64,000 bases of DNA from Octopus sinensis (GCF_006345805.1 NC_043020.1:3100001-3164000); one strand, 5' to 3'. Counted from the stretch's first letter, positions 39,931 through 50,567 are shown. The notes: generated by a model from the letters alone, not told the origin. Made by a program: numbers and translations.

Positions 39931-40956
39931 TAATTAATATGTCATGACTAGAATACCTTTAATCTTCCTTTTTATAGAATTAGAAATTATTTTGGGCGCC
40001 AGGAATTTCTTCAGGTGTGGAAATTTTAAGCTTTTCGTAGATTACGTAACTTTTTTCTTTTCGTTTTGATATTTTTGAGAAAATGTTAGATCTTGTTCAA
40101 TTTCTTCCAACTACCTGTAATTAAATGACTTTGGATGTTTCTACCTTCTTTATTATTAATTTCTAGAAGAAGAAAAATGCGATTTTCGTCATCACCTGCA
40201 AAACATGGGTTATGAGAATAATCTGGGGAAAAATGGAAAGAGGATTTTAAAAAAAGTTTGGAAATAAAATCATACTTTTTATACGAATAAAATCATTATT
40301 TTTGATAACAAAGTTGTCGAAAGAATTCGAACAAGATCCAAGATTTCTGTGGCGAAGAAATAATAATATGACGAGAGTGGCACATCTACACAAGTGTGCC
40401 ACCACCACGACTTTGTTTCCTCATAACTTTTAGAAAATTTGAAATTTATTTCTCTTTTACTCTTTTGCTTGTTTCAGTCATTTGACTGTGGCCATGCTGG
40501 AGCACCGCCTTTAGTCGAGCAAATCGACCCCAGGACTTATTCTTTGTAAGCCTAGTACTTATTCTATCGGCCTCTTTTTACCGAACCGCTAAGTTACGAG
40601 GACGTAAACACACCAGCATCGGTTGTCAAGCGATGTTGGGGGGGACAAACACAGACACACAAACACACACGTACATATATATATATATATACGACGGGCT
40701 TCTTCCAGTTTCCGTCTACCAAATCCACTTACAAGGCTTTGGTAGGCCTGAGGCTATAATGGAAGACACATGCCCAAGGTGCCACGCAGTGGGACTGAAC
40801 CCGGAGCCATATGGTTCGTAAGCAAGCTACTTCTACGCCTTTCAGACGGTGTAAATTCCAATTATATCGAAATTTCTTTTGAAAAGTTAAAGATATTTCG
40901 CTAAACAATTGAAGGGTTAGTAATTAGAAGCAGATAAAAAGTAATTCTTTCTTTAC

Positions 40957-41640
40957 CTGTCCAAACACCGAAGGAACTCCCGTCATTTTCTGTCACACCG
41001 TAAAAAAAAGGTAACCCGAGACTTCTTTGGTCCTTTCACTTCATATATATAGTTTTGTTTTGGATTATTATAATAATTATTATCACTGCTAATACTGCTG
41101 GGTTTCCATTTCTGTTTAGGTGAGGCGGAAAATAAAATAAATCCTGAATAATGGGAAGAAATGTGGAGAAACAGGATTCGAATTTAGCGCTGAATTGCAT
41201 GAAACCAGAGAAACAGAGAGAGGAAGAGGGGTGAGAGGGAAAAGGAGGAGTGAGAGGAGAAAAAAGTGCCGGAGGAGGAGGAGGTCAACTGAAATGTTCT
41301 GCTTCCGGTTCGTAGCCCTACTTTTATGGTGGAGGTTATTCAACATGGTTTTTATTTAGCAAAGGCGGGTTACGAAATGGGGTGGAGAGGAAAATAGATT
41401 GCCTGCTTGGTTTCTGTCACTGGTGTGTTTTCGTAGTTGGGGAATGTCAGGAATAAATACGGGTAGGAGGAAGGAGCTGAACAAAAATAATGACAATTAA
41501 ATAAAGTGACTGAAACATTAAGAGAAAGAATTAATGGGTGGATGAAAAAAGAAGTTTTAATAAATTTCGGTTGAGTTTCTGCCTTCCTTATTTCCGGCTA
41601 TCTAAAAACAAAAGCAGTGTGAATGACCTACCGGAAGTTA
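40957..41640 (-). promoter_or_regulatory. Candidate promoter and first exon of an unidentified minus-strand gene
   Basis: Three CCGGAA (ETS-type) cores at 41303, 41592 and 41631. The minus strand shows a pyrimidine-rich leader, then aaaATG at 40986 giving MTGVPSVFGQ and a CAG|GTAAAG donor. No downstream exons identified. Confidence 0.3.
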
Positions 41641-41999
41641 CATTTTTTTAGCACATCTTTTGGAAGCGAGAACTTTCTTAAACTAAGTTGTGATGGCAAT
41701 TTATTTTTCTATGGGAGCACAGAATGGAACCAAAACGAATGAATTGATTTTTTGTTCCAAGTTCCCTTGCCTCTTCACTGGAGGTTCTCTCTAGTTCTAC
41801 TGTAGAACAGTTTGAGGCTTCTAATTTCAAATGTTGAACACATAACAGAGTGTATTTCGCCTTCCTTTCTAGCTCTGTTGTAGGGACAATGTAAGAGGTT
41901 TCTAGTCTCTAGTGTTAACTAAATGTCGTTGAGCACAGAAATCTTTCTGTGTTTATGTTAAAGCCTTTTCATTCCATTTTAATATTCTTTGCATGAGTC

Positions 42000-43165
42000 G
42001 TTTTGGAGTGGTTATCCTTCCCATTTGTGGAGTCTTATGATGAATTGTTTTGCTTTCAGTTAGGACTCTTCTCAGCAAAAATGTGGAGTGTGCCAGTTAT
42101 ATATTCAATCCTTCCCTACAGGTCATATGGTGGACTGTAGCAGTTATTTTTCCATAGATTGTACAGTAGATTGCATCTGTTGTTTTTCCATTAAAATGTT
42201 GTTGTTTCAAAAAACATCTTGTCCTTGGATGTATGGGTTTTGTTAGATGGTCTGGCAATGTTCTGAGAGTTAGTGCAAGGGTATGAATAGCCATTCTTCA
42301 TTAGAACTTTTCTGGATTGTATGGTGTTGGTGTTTGTTCTTCCTGCCTTTCTACATTTACTGTGTATCTTGTGAATTACATTTCTAATGAAGGTCATCTT
42401 AGCTTTGATGGGCAAGGATGAATTATGATGCACAAATAGGCCCCTGTATGCTGCTTCTCTGTAATTTTGAGTTCAAAATCAATTAGAGATAAGCAGTTAT
42501 CAAGGTGCACCACTTCAAATTTTATTTGTTCATTGATACTGTTGAACATATTGTATATTTTATCAGTTTCTTCATGTAATGATGTTAATATGGGGTTGTC
42601 ATCCATACACCTGATGAAAAAGGTGCAGGACTGATAGCTGTTGAACGCTGGTCCATATACATGATGGCCAGTAGGCCTGTCGAGTTTGACCCCAATCAGC
42701 AGTCCAGAGATTTGTTTGTAAATAGACCCTTTGAACTGGAAGAAGGTGTTGACCATTATAGTAGATAATGGTTCATGGATATCTGGAGATGTGAGCCCAA
42801 AGGTTGTGAGAGGAGACAATGTCTTCAGTTAATAAGTTGATAACTGGGATTGCGTCAAAAAACACCTACAAAAATAGTTACTCCACCTAAGGCATCCAGA
42901 TTTCCATTGATGCTACAGAAAGAAACACTGGGAACTTGAGACTAAAAGAAGCTCTTTTAATTAAGAAATATACACCACTTATTAATAATAGGTCAGAGTT
43001 GCACATGGCCAATTGTTTATAGTGACGTATATCAAATACACTTATATACAAGACACAGAAATCAGTGAATAACAACATTCCTCCAAAGATTTCCTGAGGA
43101 AGGGGTCCTGGCCCTGAAATACTGAAATACCATGTAAAAACTATCAACCTGTTTATTTTTATAAA
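42000..43165. mobile_element. Penelope-like element with inverted 5' part: RT on minus strand, endonuclease C-terminus and 3' end on plus strand
   Basis: Minus strand 42190-42830 gives NTFFQFKGSIYKQISGLLIG..FFIRCMDD..INEQIKFEV..LSLIDF and HHNSSLPIKAK. Plus strand 42850-43020 gives ERNTGNLRLKEALLIKKYTPLINNRSEL, followed by CTGAGGA aggg..ccct GAAA at 43094-43119. Confidence 0.75.
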
Positions 43166-45456
43166 TTGCTGTGAAAAAAAACATGATTAAAAATTGATAA
43201 TTTCCTATTGTTTAAATTTTTTTATATCTGTAGATACATTTTAACCTTTTGTTTAATACATGGTTTTGTCTTCAGGGTCAAAGAGTGCCGTAATATTTAT
43301 ATTTGCTCTAAACTGTTCTTTGAGTAAAAATTAAATTTGAGTTCTTTAATATAGAAGCTTTGTTGTTGGTTCAGAAACTGAAAGATCTATAATACTATTC
43401 TACTAATCACAAAATATGTTTGTTACATTTTAAACAAACTTCACAATGGGATGAAATATTAAGTATCGTATTACAATTTTATTTAGTTCTATAGAATTTC
43501 CACAAGTCCTTCCAGCAGTTACTAATGATGTGATAGACTGACATAAAATGGTTCATATGTATGTATACACACACACACACAGAGTCATAAACACAAGTGT
43601 GGCTGTGTGGTAAGGAGTTTGCTTCACAACCACATATTTCCAGCTCAGTCCCTCTGCATAGCACCTTGGGTAAGCGTCTTCTACCATTGCCCCAGGATGA
43701 CCAAGGCCTTGTGAGTGAGTGTGTGTTTGTGTTTTCTTGTTCTGACATCACAGGATAATTGTAAAATGATTGTCACCATCATACAAGCAGTGTTGTTCAT
43801 TTCCAATATTCTGCAAGAACATGTTTGGCTATGAGGAAATATTACCTTGCTTGGAAAAAGATGAGGGTTGGTGAGAGGAAGGGCATCCAGCTGTAAAGAA
43901 TCTGTCTCAATAAACTTGCAGATGTTTGATGATGATGATGATGGCAATTTACCCTCCCCACTTTTCAGTCTTCACACTAAGAAGCTTTGGGAGAGACACT
44001 AACTTAGTGTACCACCAGCAAACAAAAGGTTCAAAAGTAAATTTCACCACAACAAGCTGTAAATTCAATTACTGAAGTATGAAGTTTTAAGACTTTCAAA
44101 TATGGAACTGTTCAAAGGCATGAGTTTTTAATTAAATATTGTTGAGACCATAACCCGTGGCCTTTACCTGGGATGTAGCCAGTCCACTTATGCATACCTT
44201 TCCTCCTTGGGACACAAAACTCTGCTTGCGAAGATCTGTTGAGGCAATCGAAATCAATCAAAAAACCAATGGAAATTGTAGTTGTGGTACCAGTGCCGGT
44301 GGCACATAAAAAGATCCATCTGAACATGGCTGTTGTCAGTGCCACCTCGATTGGCGGTGGCACGTAAAAAGCACCAACCGATCGTGGCCATTGCCAGCCT
44401 CCCCTGGCACCTGTGCCGGTGGTACGTAAAAAGCACCCACTACACTCACGGAGTGTAGTTGGCGTTAGGAAGGGCATCCAGCTGTAGAAACACTGCCAGA
44501 TCGGACAGGAGCCTGGTGCAGCCTCCTGGCTTCCCAGACCCCGGTTGAACTGTCCAACCCGAGCTAGCATGGAAAACAGACGTTAAATGATGATGATGAT
44601 GATGGTGGTGATGGTGATGATGATGATGATTGTTGCTGCTGCTATTCTTCGTGTTTCTGTTTTTGTTTTCTGCAACTATTTCCATGGTTCACATTTTTCA
44701 TACTTTTTAAGTTTTCTTTGTATTTTGTTTCCATGTCTTTGAAAATATTGCCATTATTATTATTATTTCTATTACAGTCTTTTATAGATTTCAATAAAAA
44801 ATTAATGTAGATGCTTAGCTAAACAAAGACACCTTAGCTCCGTTAGTATATCAAGCATTTCCTCCACCATCTCTCCCTCCACTAGCCCATCTCTGACCAC
44901 CACCACTGATGTTATCTCTATCAAACATCAAATGACCCTGTACATGCTCACTCATCCTGCTAGAAATAGTGGCTAAATTTCTCTTAATTTGCATCCTAGC
45001 CTCTTTAAAAAACGGAAGGACACATTGGTGTCATAAGCATACAAAAAAAAACCCCAGTCATTACAAATGGAATACTTTTGATCACTGGCTTGCTTGATCA
45101 GAGACGACCCGGGGTTTAACAGCACCACCAACAACATCTACAGTCATTGCTATGTTTATATGATTTGAAAAAATCAATAGAAACATAGATGAGTAATGAG
45201 AGAAAAGAAGTGTTTGAAATTCTGTTGGTTTAAAGGAAATGTAAGACAATGGCAGTTGATATGAAGCTGTGTATTGATGAAGTTCAGAGATGAGATGAGG
45301 TGAGATGATATTATTGGAGTAATAAAGTTATTGGACCATTAACTGCTACAGTTGCTGTTGAGTTTTGTTTTCACTTCTGCTTGTTTGTATCTACTTTGTT
45401 TTTTTAATTTGCACCAGTATTTTCATTATGTGTGTGTGTGTGTGTATATATATGTG

Positions 45457-45502
<46 letters not shown>

Positions 45503-46392
45503 AGACCAGGAAAACCTGGGACGAGGTGGTGAAGCACGACTTTCGGACGTTAGGTCTCACCATGGAAATGACTAGAGACCGAGACCTATGGAAGTATGCT
45601 GTGCGTGAGAAGACCCGGCAAGACTAGTGAAGCCATAATCCATGGCCCCTACCTGGGACGTAGTCAGTCCACCTGTGCATACCTTCCTTCTTGTGACACT
45701 TGTGAAGACATGTTGAGGCAAGTGAGAATCGAATCGAATCGAATCGTATCAAATCAAATCGAACCAAATCAAAATAGATGAACATCAATGGAATTTGTAT
45801 CCTTGTGGTACCAGTGCCGGTGGCACATAAGAAAACCATCCGAACGTGACCGTAGCCAGTACCGCAATGACTGGCCTCCGTGCTGAGGGCACGTAACAAA
45901 CACCATCCGAGCGTGGCCGTCCGCCAGCCTCGTCTAGCACCCGTGTCGGTGACACATAAGAAAACACCATCCGAGCGTGGCCGTCTGCCAGCCTCGTCTG
46001 GCACCTGTGTCGGTGGCACATAAAAAACACCATCCGAGCGTGGCCGTCTGCCAGCCTCGTCTGGCACCTGTGTCGGTGGCACATAAAAAAACACCATCCG
46101 AGCGTGGCCGTCTGCCAGCCTCGTCTGGCACCTGTGTCGGTGGCACATAAAAAACACCATCCGAGCGTGGCCGTCTGCCAGCCTCGTCTGGCACCTGTGT
46201 CGGTGGCACATAAAATCACCCACTACACTCTCGGAGTGGTTGGCGTTAGGAAGGGCATCCAGCTGTAGAAACACTACCACATCTGACTGGCCTGGTGCAG
46301 CCTTCGGGCTTCCCAGACCCCAGTTGAACCGTCCAACCCATGCTAGCATGGAAAGCGGACGTTAAACGATGATGATGATGATGATGATGATG
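45503..46392 (+). mobile_element. RTE LINE 3' end (ORF2 C-terminus + long 3'UTR with internal VNTR + (GAT)n tail)
   Basis: TRKTWDEVVKHDFRTLGLTMEMTRDRDLWKYAVREKTRQD* (stop at 45625-45627) is a typical RTE ORF2 terminus. It is followed by the UTR shared with many truncated copies. Confidence 0.85.
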
Positions 46393-46552
46393 ATCGCCAT
46401 ACTAATATGGCATTCTTATAAAAATAAGAATAAAGCTGACCGCTTATTAGCTCCATGAGGCCATCGCCTTAAGTTAGCTATTTGATACACAAACTGTATC
46501 CATATAACCTTTGAACAAGGGAGGTCAGGCGCTCCACACTACTTGGCCGGCA

Positions 46553-46594
46553 GCTACAGACGCGTTTCGGGGTATTGCCCCTTTTCAGTGCAGC
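46553..46594 (-). ncRNA. Minimal type I hammerhead ribozyme, copy 1 (C3/A8 mismatch)
   Basis: Minus strand reads GCUGCA CUGAAAA GGGG caaua CCCC GAAA C gc G UC^ UGUAGC: 6-bp stem I, 4-bp stem II, palindromic ACGCGU stem III, GUC cleavage triplet. Confidence 0.7.
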
Positions 46595-46915
46595 GTAGCC
46601 AAACCAGTAGGTGTCGCTTCCGACAATCTCTGTTCAAAGGTTTTATTTACCTAGCTTCGGTGGAATACATCCACTTGTTTTCAATAATAGAAATATTAAA
46701 ATTACTAAGTCTCTCTAAAAGAGAACAACGGCAGCGTTCCCGGAAAATATTAGTTATCGCCATACTAATATGGCATTCTTATAAAAATAAGAATAAAGCT
46801 GACCGCTTATTAGCTCCATGAGGCCATCGCCTTAAGTTAGCTATTTGATACACAAACTGTATCCATATAACCTTTGAACAAGGGAGGTCAGGCGCTCCAC
46901 ACTACTTGGCCGGCA

Positions 46916-46957
46916 GCTACAGACGCGTTTCGGGGTATTGCCCCTTTTCAATGCAGC
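46916..46957 (-). ncRNA. Minimal type I hammerhead ribozyme, copy 2 (U3-A8 core)
   Basis: GCUGCA UUGAAAA GGGG caaua CCCC GAAA C gc G UC^ UGUAGC. Confidence 0.82.
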
Positions 46958-47278
46958 GTAGCCAAACCAGTAGGTGTCGCTTCCGACAATCTCTGTTCAA
47001 AGGTTTTATTTACCTAGCTTCGGTGGAATACATCCACTTGTTTTCAATAATAGAAATATTAAAATTACTAAGTCTCTCTAAAAGAGAACAACGGCAGCGT
47101 TCCCGGAAAATATTAGTTATCGCCATACTAATATGGCATTCTTATAAAAATAAGAATAAAGCTGACCGCTTATTAGCTCCATGAGGCCATCGCCTTAAGT
47201 TAGCTATTTGATACACAAACTGTATCCATATAACCTTTGAACAAGGGAGGTCAGGCGCTCCACACTACTTGGCCGGCA

Positions 47279-47320
47279 GCTACAGACGCGTTTCGGGGTA
47301 TTGCCCCTTTTCAATGCAGC
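47279..47320 (-). ncRNA. Minimal type I hammerhead ribozyme, copy 3 (U3-A8 core)
   Basis: Identical to copy 2. Confidence 0.82.
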
Positions 47321-47640
47321 GTAGCCAAACCAGTAGGTGTCGCTTCCGACAATCTCTGTTCAAAGGTTTTATTTACCTAGCTTCGGTGGAATACATCCAC
47401 TTGTTTTCAATAATAGAAATATTAAAATTACTAAGTCTCTCTAAGAGAGAACAACGGCAGCGTTCCGGAAAATATTAGTTATCGCCATACTAATATGGCA
47501 TTCTTATAAAAATAAGAATAAAGCTGACCGCTTATTAGCTCCATGAGGCCATCGCCTTAAGTTAGCTATTTGATACACAAACTGTATCCATATAACCTTT
47601 GAACAAGGGAGGTCAGTCGCTCCACACTACTTGGCCGGCA

Positions 47641-47682
47641 GCTACAGACGCGTTTCGGGGTATTGCCCCTTTTCAATGCAGC
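47641..47682 (-). ncRNA. Minimal type I hammerhead ribozyme, copy 4 (U3-A8 core)
   Basis: Identical to copy 2. Confidence 0.82.
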
Positions 47683-47854
47683 GTAGCCAAACCAGTAGGT
47701 GTCGCTTCCGACAATCTCTGTCCAAAGGTTTTAGAGAGACTTAGTAATTTTAATATTTCTATTATTGAAAACAAGTGGATGTATTCCACCGAAGCTAGGT
47801 AAATAAAACCTTTGAACAGAGACTGTCGGAAGCGACACCTACTGGTTTGGCTAC

Positions 47855-47896
47855 GCTGCATTGAAAAGGGGCAATACCCCGAAACGCGTCTGTAGC
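47855..47896 (+). ncRNA. Minimal type I hammerhead ribozyme, copy 5 (in the inverted unit; U3-A8 core)
   Basis: Read directly on + strand: gctgca ttgaaaa gggg caata cccc gaaa c gc g tc tgtagc. Confidence 0.82.
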
Positions 47897-48304
47897 TGCC
47901 GGCCAAGTAGTGTGGAGCGACTGACCTCCCTTGTTCAAAGGTTATATGGATACAGTTTGTGTATCAAATAGCTAACTTAAGGCGATGGCCTCATGGAGCT
48001 AATAAGCGGTCAGCTTTATTCTTATTTTTATAAGAATGCCATATTAGTATGGCGATAACTAATATTTTCCGGGAACGCTGCCGTTGTTCTCTTTTAGAGA
48101 GACTTAGTAATTTTAATATTTCTATTATATATATATATATATATATATACTGGAGCCTGTGAGTGTGTATGTGTGTGTGTATATATATATATATATGTAG
48201 ACTGGAGCCTGGTGCAGCCTCCTGGCTTCCCAGACCCCGGTCGAACCGTCCAACCCATGCTAGCATGGAAAACAGACGTTAAACGATTATGATAATGATG
48301 ATGA

Positions 48305-48399
<95 letters not shown>

Positions 48400-48949
48400 A
48401 AGGTAGGTAGGTAGGGAGGGAGGTAGGCAGGCAGATATTCAAACTTAACAATAAGAACAACACAGAAAGTAGAAACAAAATATGCTTCTTATTAGTTTGA
48501 TACTCAATGAGTGTTAGAAAGCAGGAGTGTCTTTGAGGCTTTGAATGCAAGTTCTTCTTCAGAAAGTTGTATGGTACCATAAAAGCAACATGACAGGTTT
48601 GGAAAGACTAGAAGAAAGTGGGTAGCAGAGAAGCTAGATGACAGGTGTTTTTAGCAAGGGGAGAAGCAAAAAGTAGGAGGCTTTCAGGTATACTATGATA
48701 AGAGGATGAAACACATGAGGAATTTCAAATTGCAAGACAATGTACCAAAAAGAACTGAGAATGCGCTGAGATGTGAATGAGAAATGTGTATGGATAACTA
48801 ATAGCACACCTGCAGTTAGTGTTTCTGAAAAGAAAGAAATAGGGAAATATTACTATGGAAGGGTATAAAATATGGATAATGTTTAGAAGAAAGAGGGTTT
48901 TCACAGTGTCAACCAAGCAGTGGGACATTCTCATGAACAAAAGTATAAT

Positions 48950-50560
48950 CATCATCATCAGCATTATCATCATTTAACGTCCATTGTCCATGCTAGCATG
49001 GGTTGGATGGTGTGGCCAGAGCTGGTAAGCCAGGGGGCTGCACCACATTCCAGTCTGATTTGGCATGGCTTCTATAGCTGGATGCCCTTCCTAATGCTAA
49101 CCACATTACAGAGTGTTCTGGATGGTTTTACATGGCACTGCATGGGCAATTCTACATGTTGCCACATGGGTGCCTTTACATGTCACCACACAGGTGCTTT
49201 TATGTGGCACCGCAACGAGTGCTTTACACCACCATAAGGATCAGTTTAAAACACTTCTGCTATGGTGTGTGGGTCTTCTTGAGTATGGCCAGGTGTCAGC
49301 TATCTTGGTCCTTTGTCACCACACCTGAAAGTTCGGTGTTCTGAGGTCATTCTTCAGTACTTCATCCCATGTCTTCCTGGGTCTTCCACTCCCATATGTT
49401 CTATCCACTTTGAGAGATTGGCATTTCTTTATGGAACTGTCAGCATCCATCCACATCACATGACCAAACCAGCGCAGTCACCTCTTTTGCATACAGCAGC
49501 AAATTCCTCTTATGCCTACCTTAGCTCTCAGAGCAGTGGCACTCTGTTGAACAAGTACACTTACATTACGCATCCAGCAGAGCATACTAGCATCATTCCT
49601 TTCTAATCTTTGAGAGAGAAACCTTTTGTGGCCAACAGAAGCAACAAGCTCTCTGAATTTCCTCCATTCTATTCTTATTCTTGCTATTACTCTTTCCACG
49701 CATCCTCTCCACAACTAATTTGGTCCCTTAGGTAGCAGAAATTATCTACTACCTCTAATGAGCCACCAGGGCAAATAATAGATAAAGTAATTACAAATAT
49801 AAAGTCAGGAAAAGCCCCTGTTCCAGGAATTGCTGCAGAGATGCTTAAAATATCCAGAGGAATAGGAATCAAGCTAGTTGTGAATATAGTCAATCAGGTT
49901 GCACAAGAAGGTGTCATACCCAAGATTGGCATAGCAGCATCATAGTCAACTGTTACAAGATTAAAGAAGATATCTTAGAGAAACATAATTACAAAGGTAT
50001 CAAATTAATGAACTTGGTCATGTAAGTTACAGGAAGAGTTATAGCTCAATTGAATAGAAAGAGAGTTAGTCTAGTTGAGTCTGTGCCAGGAACAAGTAGC
50101 ATTGATGCCATCTTACATGTGAGATGAACTTAGCTATGGAGAAGTACTTAGCTATGAGTAAGAAAAAGTTTCTAAAATTTGTTGGCCTAAAGAAAGCCTT
50201 TGTAATCTGGTGGTCACTGTGGAAACTAGGAGTAGGTGAATGGCTTGTGAGAGTCATAGAAGCCATGCATAGAGATGCTGCCAGCAAAGTGAGAGTTAGC
50301 AACTAGCGACAAATTCAGTGTGCAGGAAGATGTCCTCTAGGGCTTGGTTCTAAGTTACTTTGTACTTATAGTCCGACAGGCCATAACAGAGGAGTTTAAG
50401 AATGAATGCCCATGGGAATTCCTATATGCTGATGACCTTGTTGAATTTGTAGTTAAGATTAAAATGGGAATTCCAGGAGTGGAAGCAAAATCTGGAATCA
50501 AAAGGCTTCAAAGTTAACTTATCAAAGACTAAGGTATTAATAAGAAAGATATGTAGAGAA
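48950..50560. mobile_element. RTE LINE with inverted 5' segment
   Basis: Minus strand 48950-49777 has CPGGSLEVVDNFCYLRDQIS..RLERNDASMLCWM, then UTR and tail. Plus strand 49778-50560 has IKSGKAP..EMLK..LKKAF..WWSLWKLGVGEWLVRV..PWEFLYADDL (RT domain). Confidence 0.8.
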
Positions 50561-50567
50561 GTAGAAG

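Larger units (their letters stand above)
46393..48128. mobile_element. Tandem + inverted array of a 363-bp hammerhead-containing unit (non-LTR retrozyme / Penelope-like terminal repeat array)
   Basis: Units start at 46393, 46756, 47119 and 47481 (period 363, 363, 362). Unit 4 stops at ~47733 and is followed by ~1.1 units in reverse complement (47729-48128). Each unit has one hammerhead motif. Confidence 0.85.

Noticed and set aside
45816-46215. Regularly spaced ~63-bp repeats resembling a CRISPR array
   Set aside because: There are no unique spacers (whole units repeat), the context is eukaryotic and no cas genes are present; it is a VNTR in a LINE UTR.
46543-47906. Repeated 92-aa ORF (MAGSYRRVSG...) in the 363-bp units
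   Set aside because: It starts at TTG, is antisense to the ribozyme and has no recognisable motif. A stop in each unit rules out an endless rolling-circle ORF. It repeats only because the DNA repeats.
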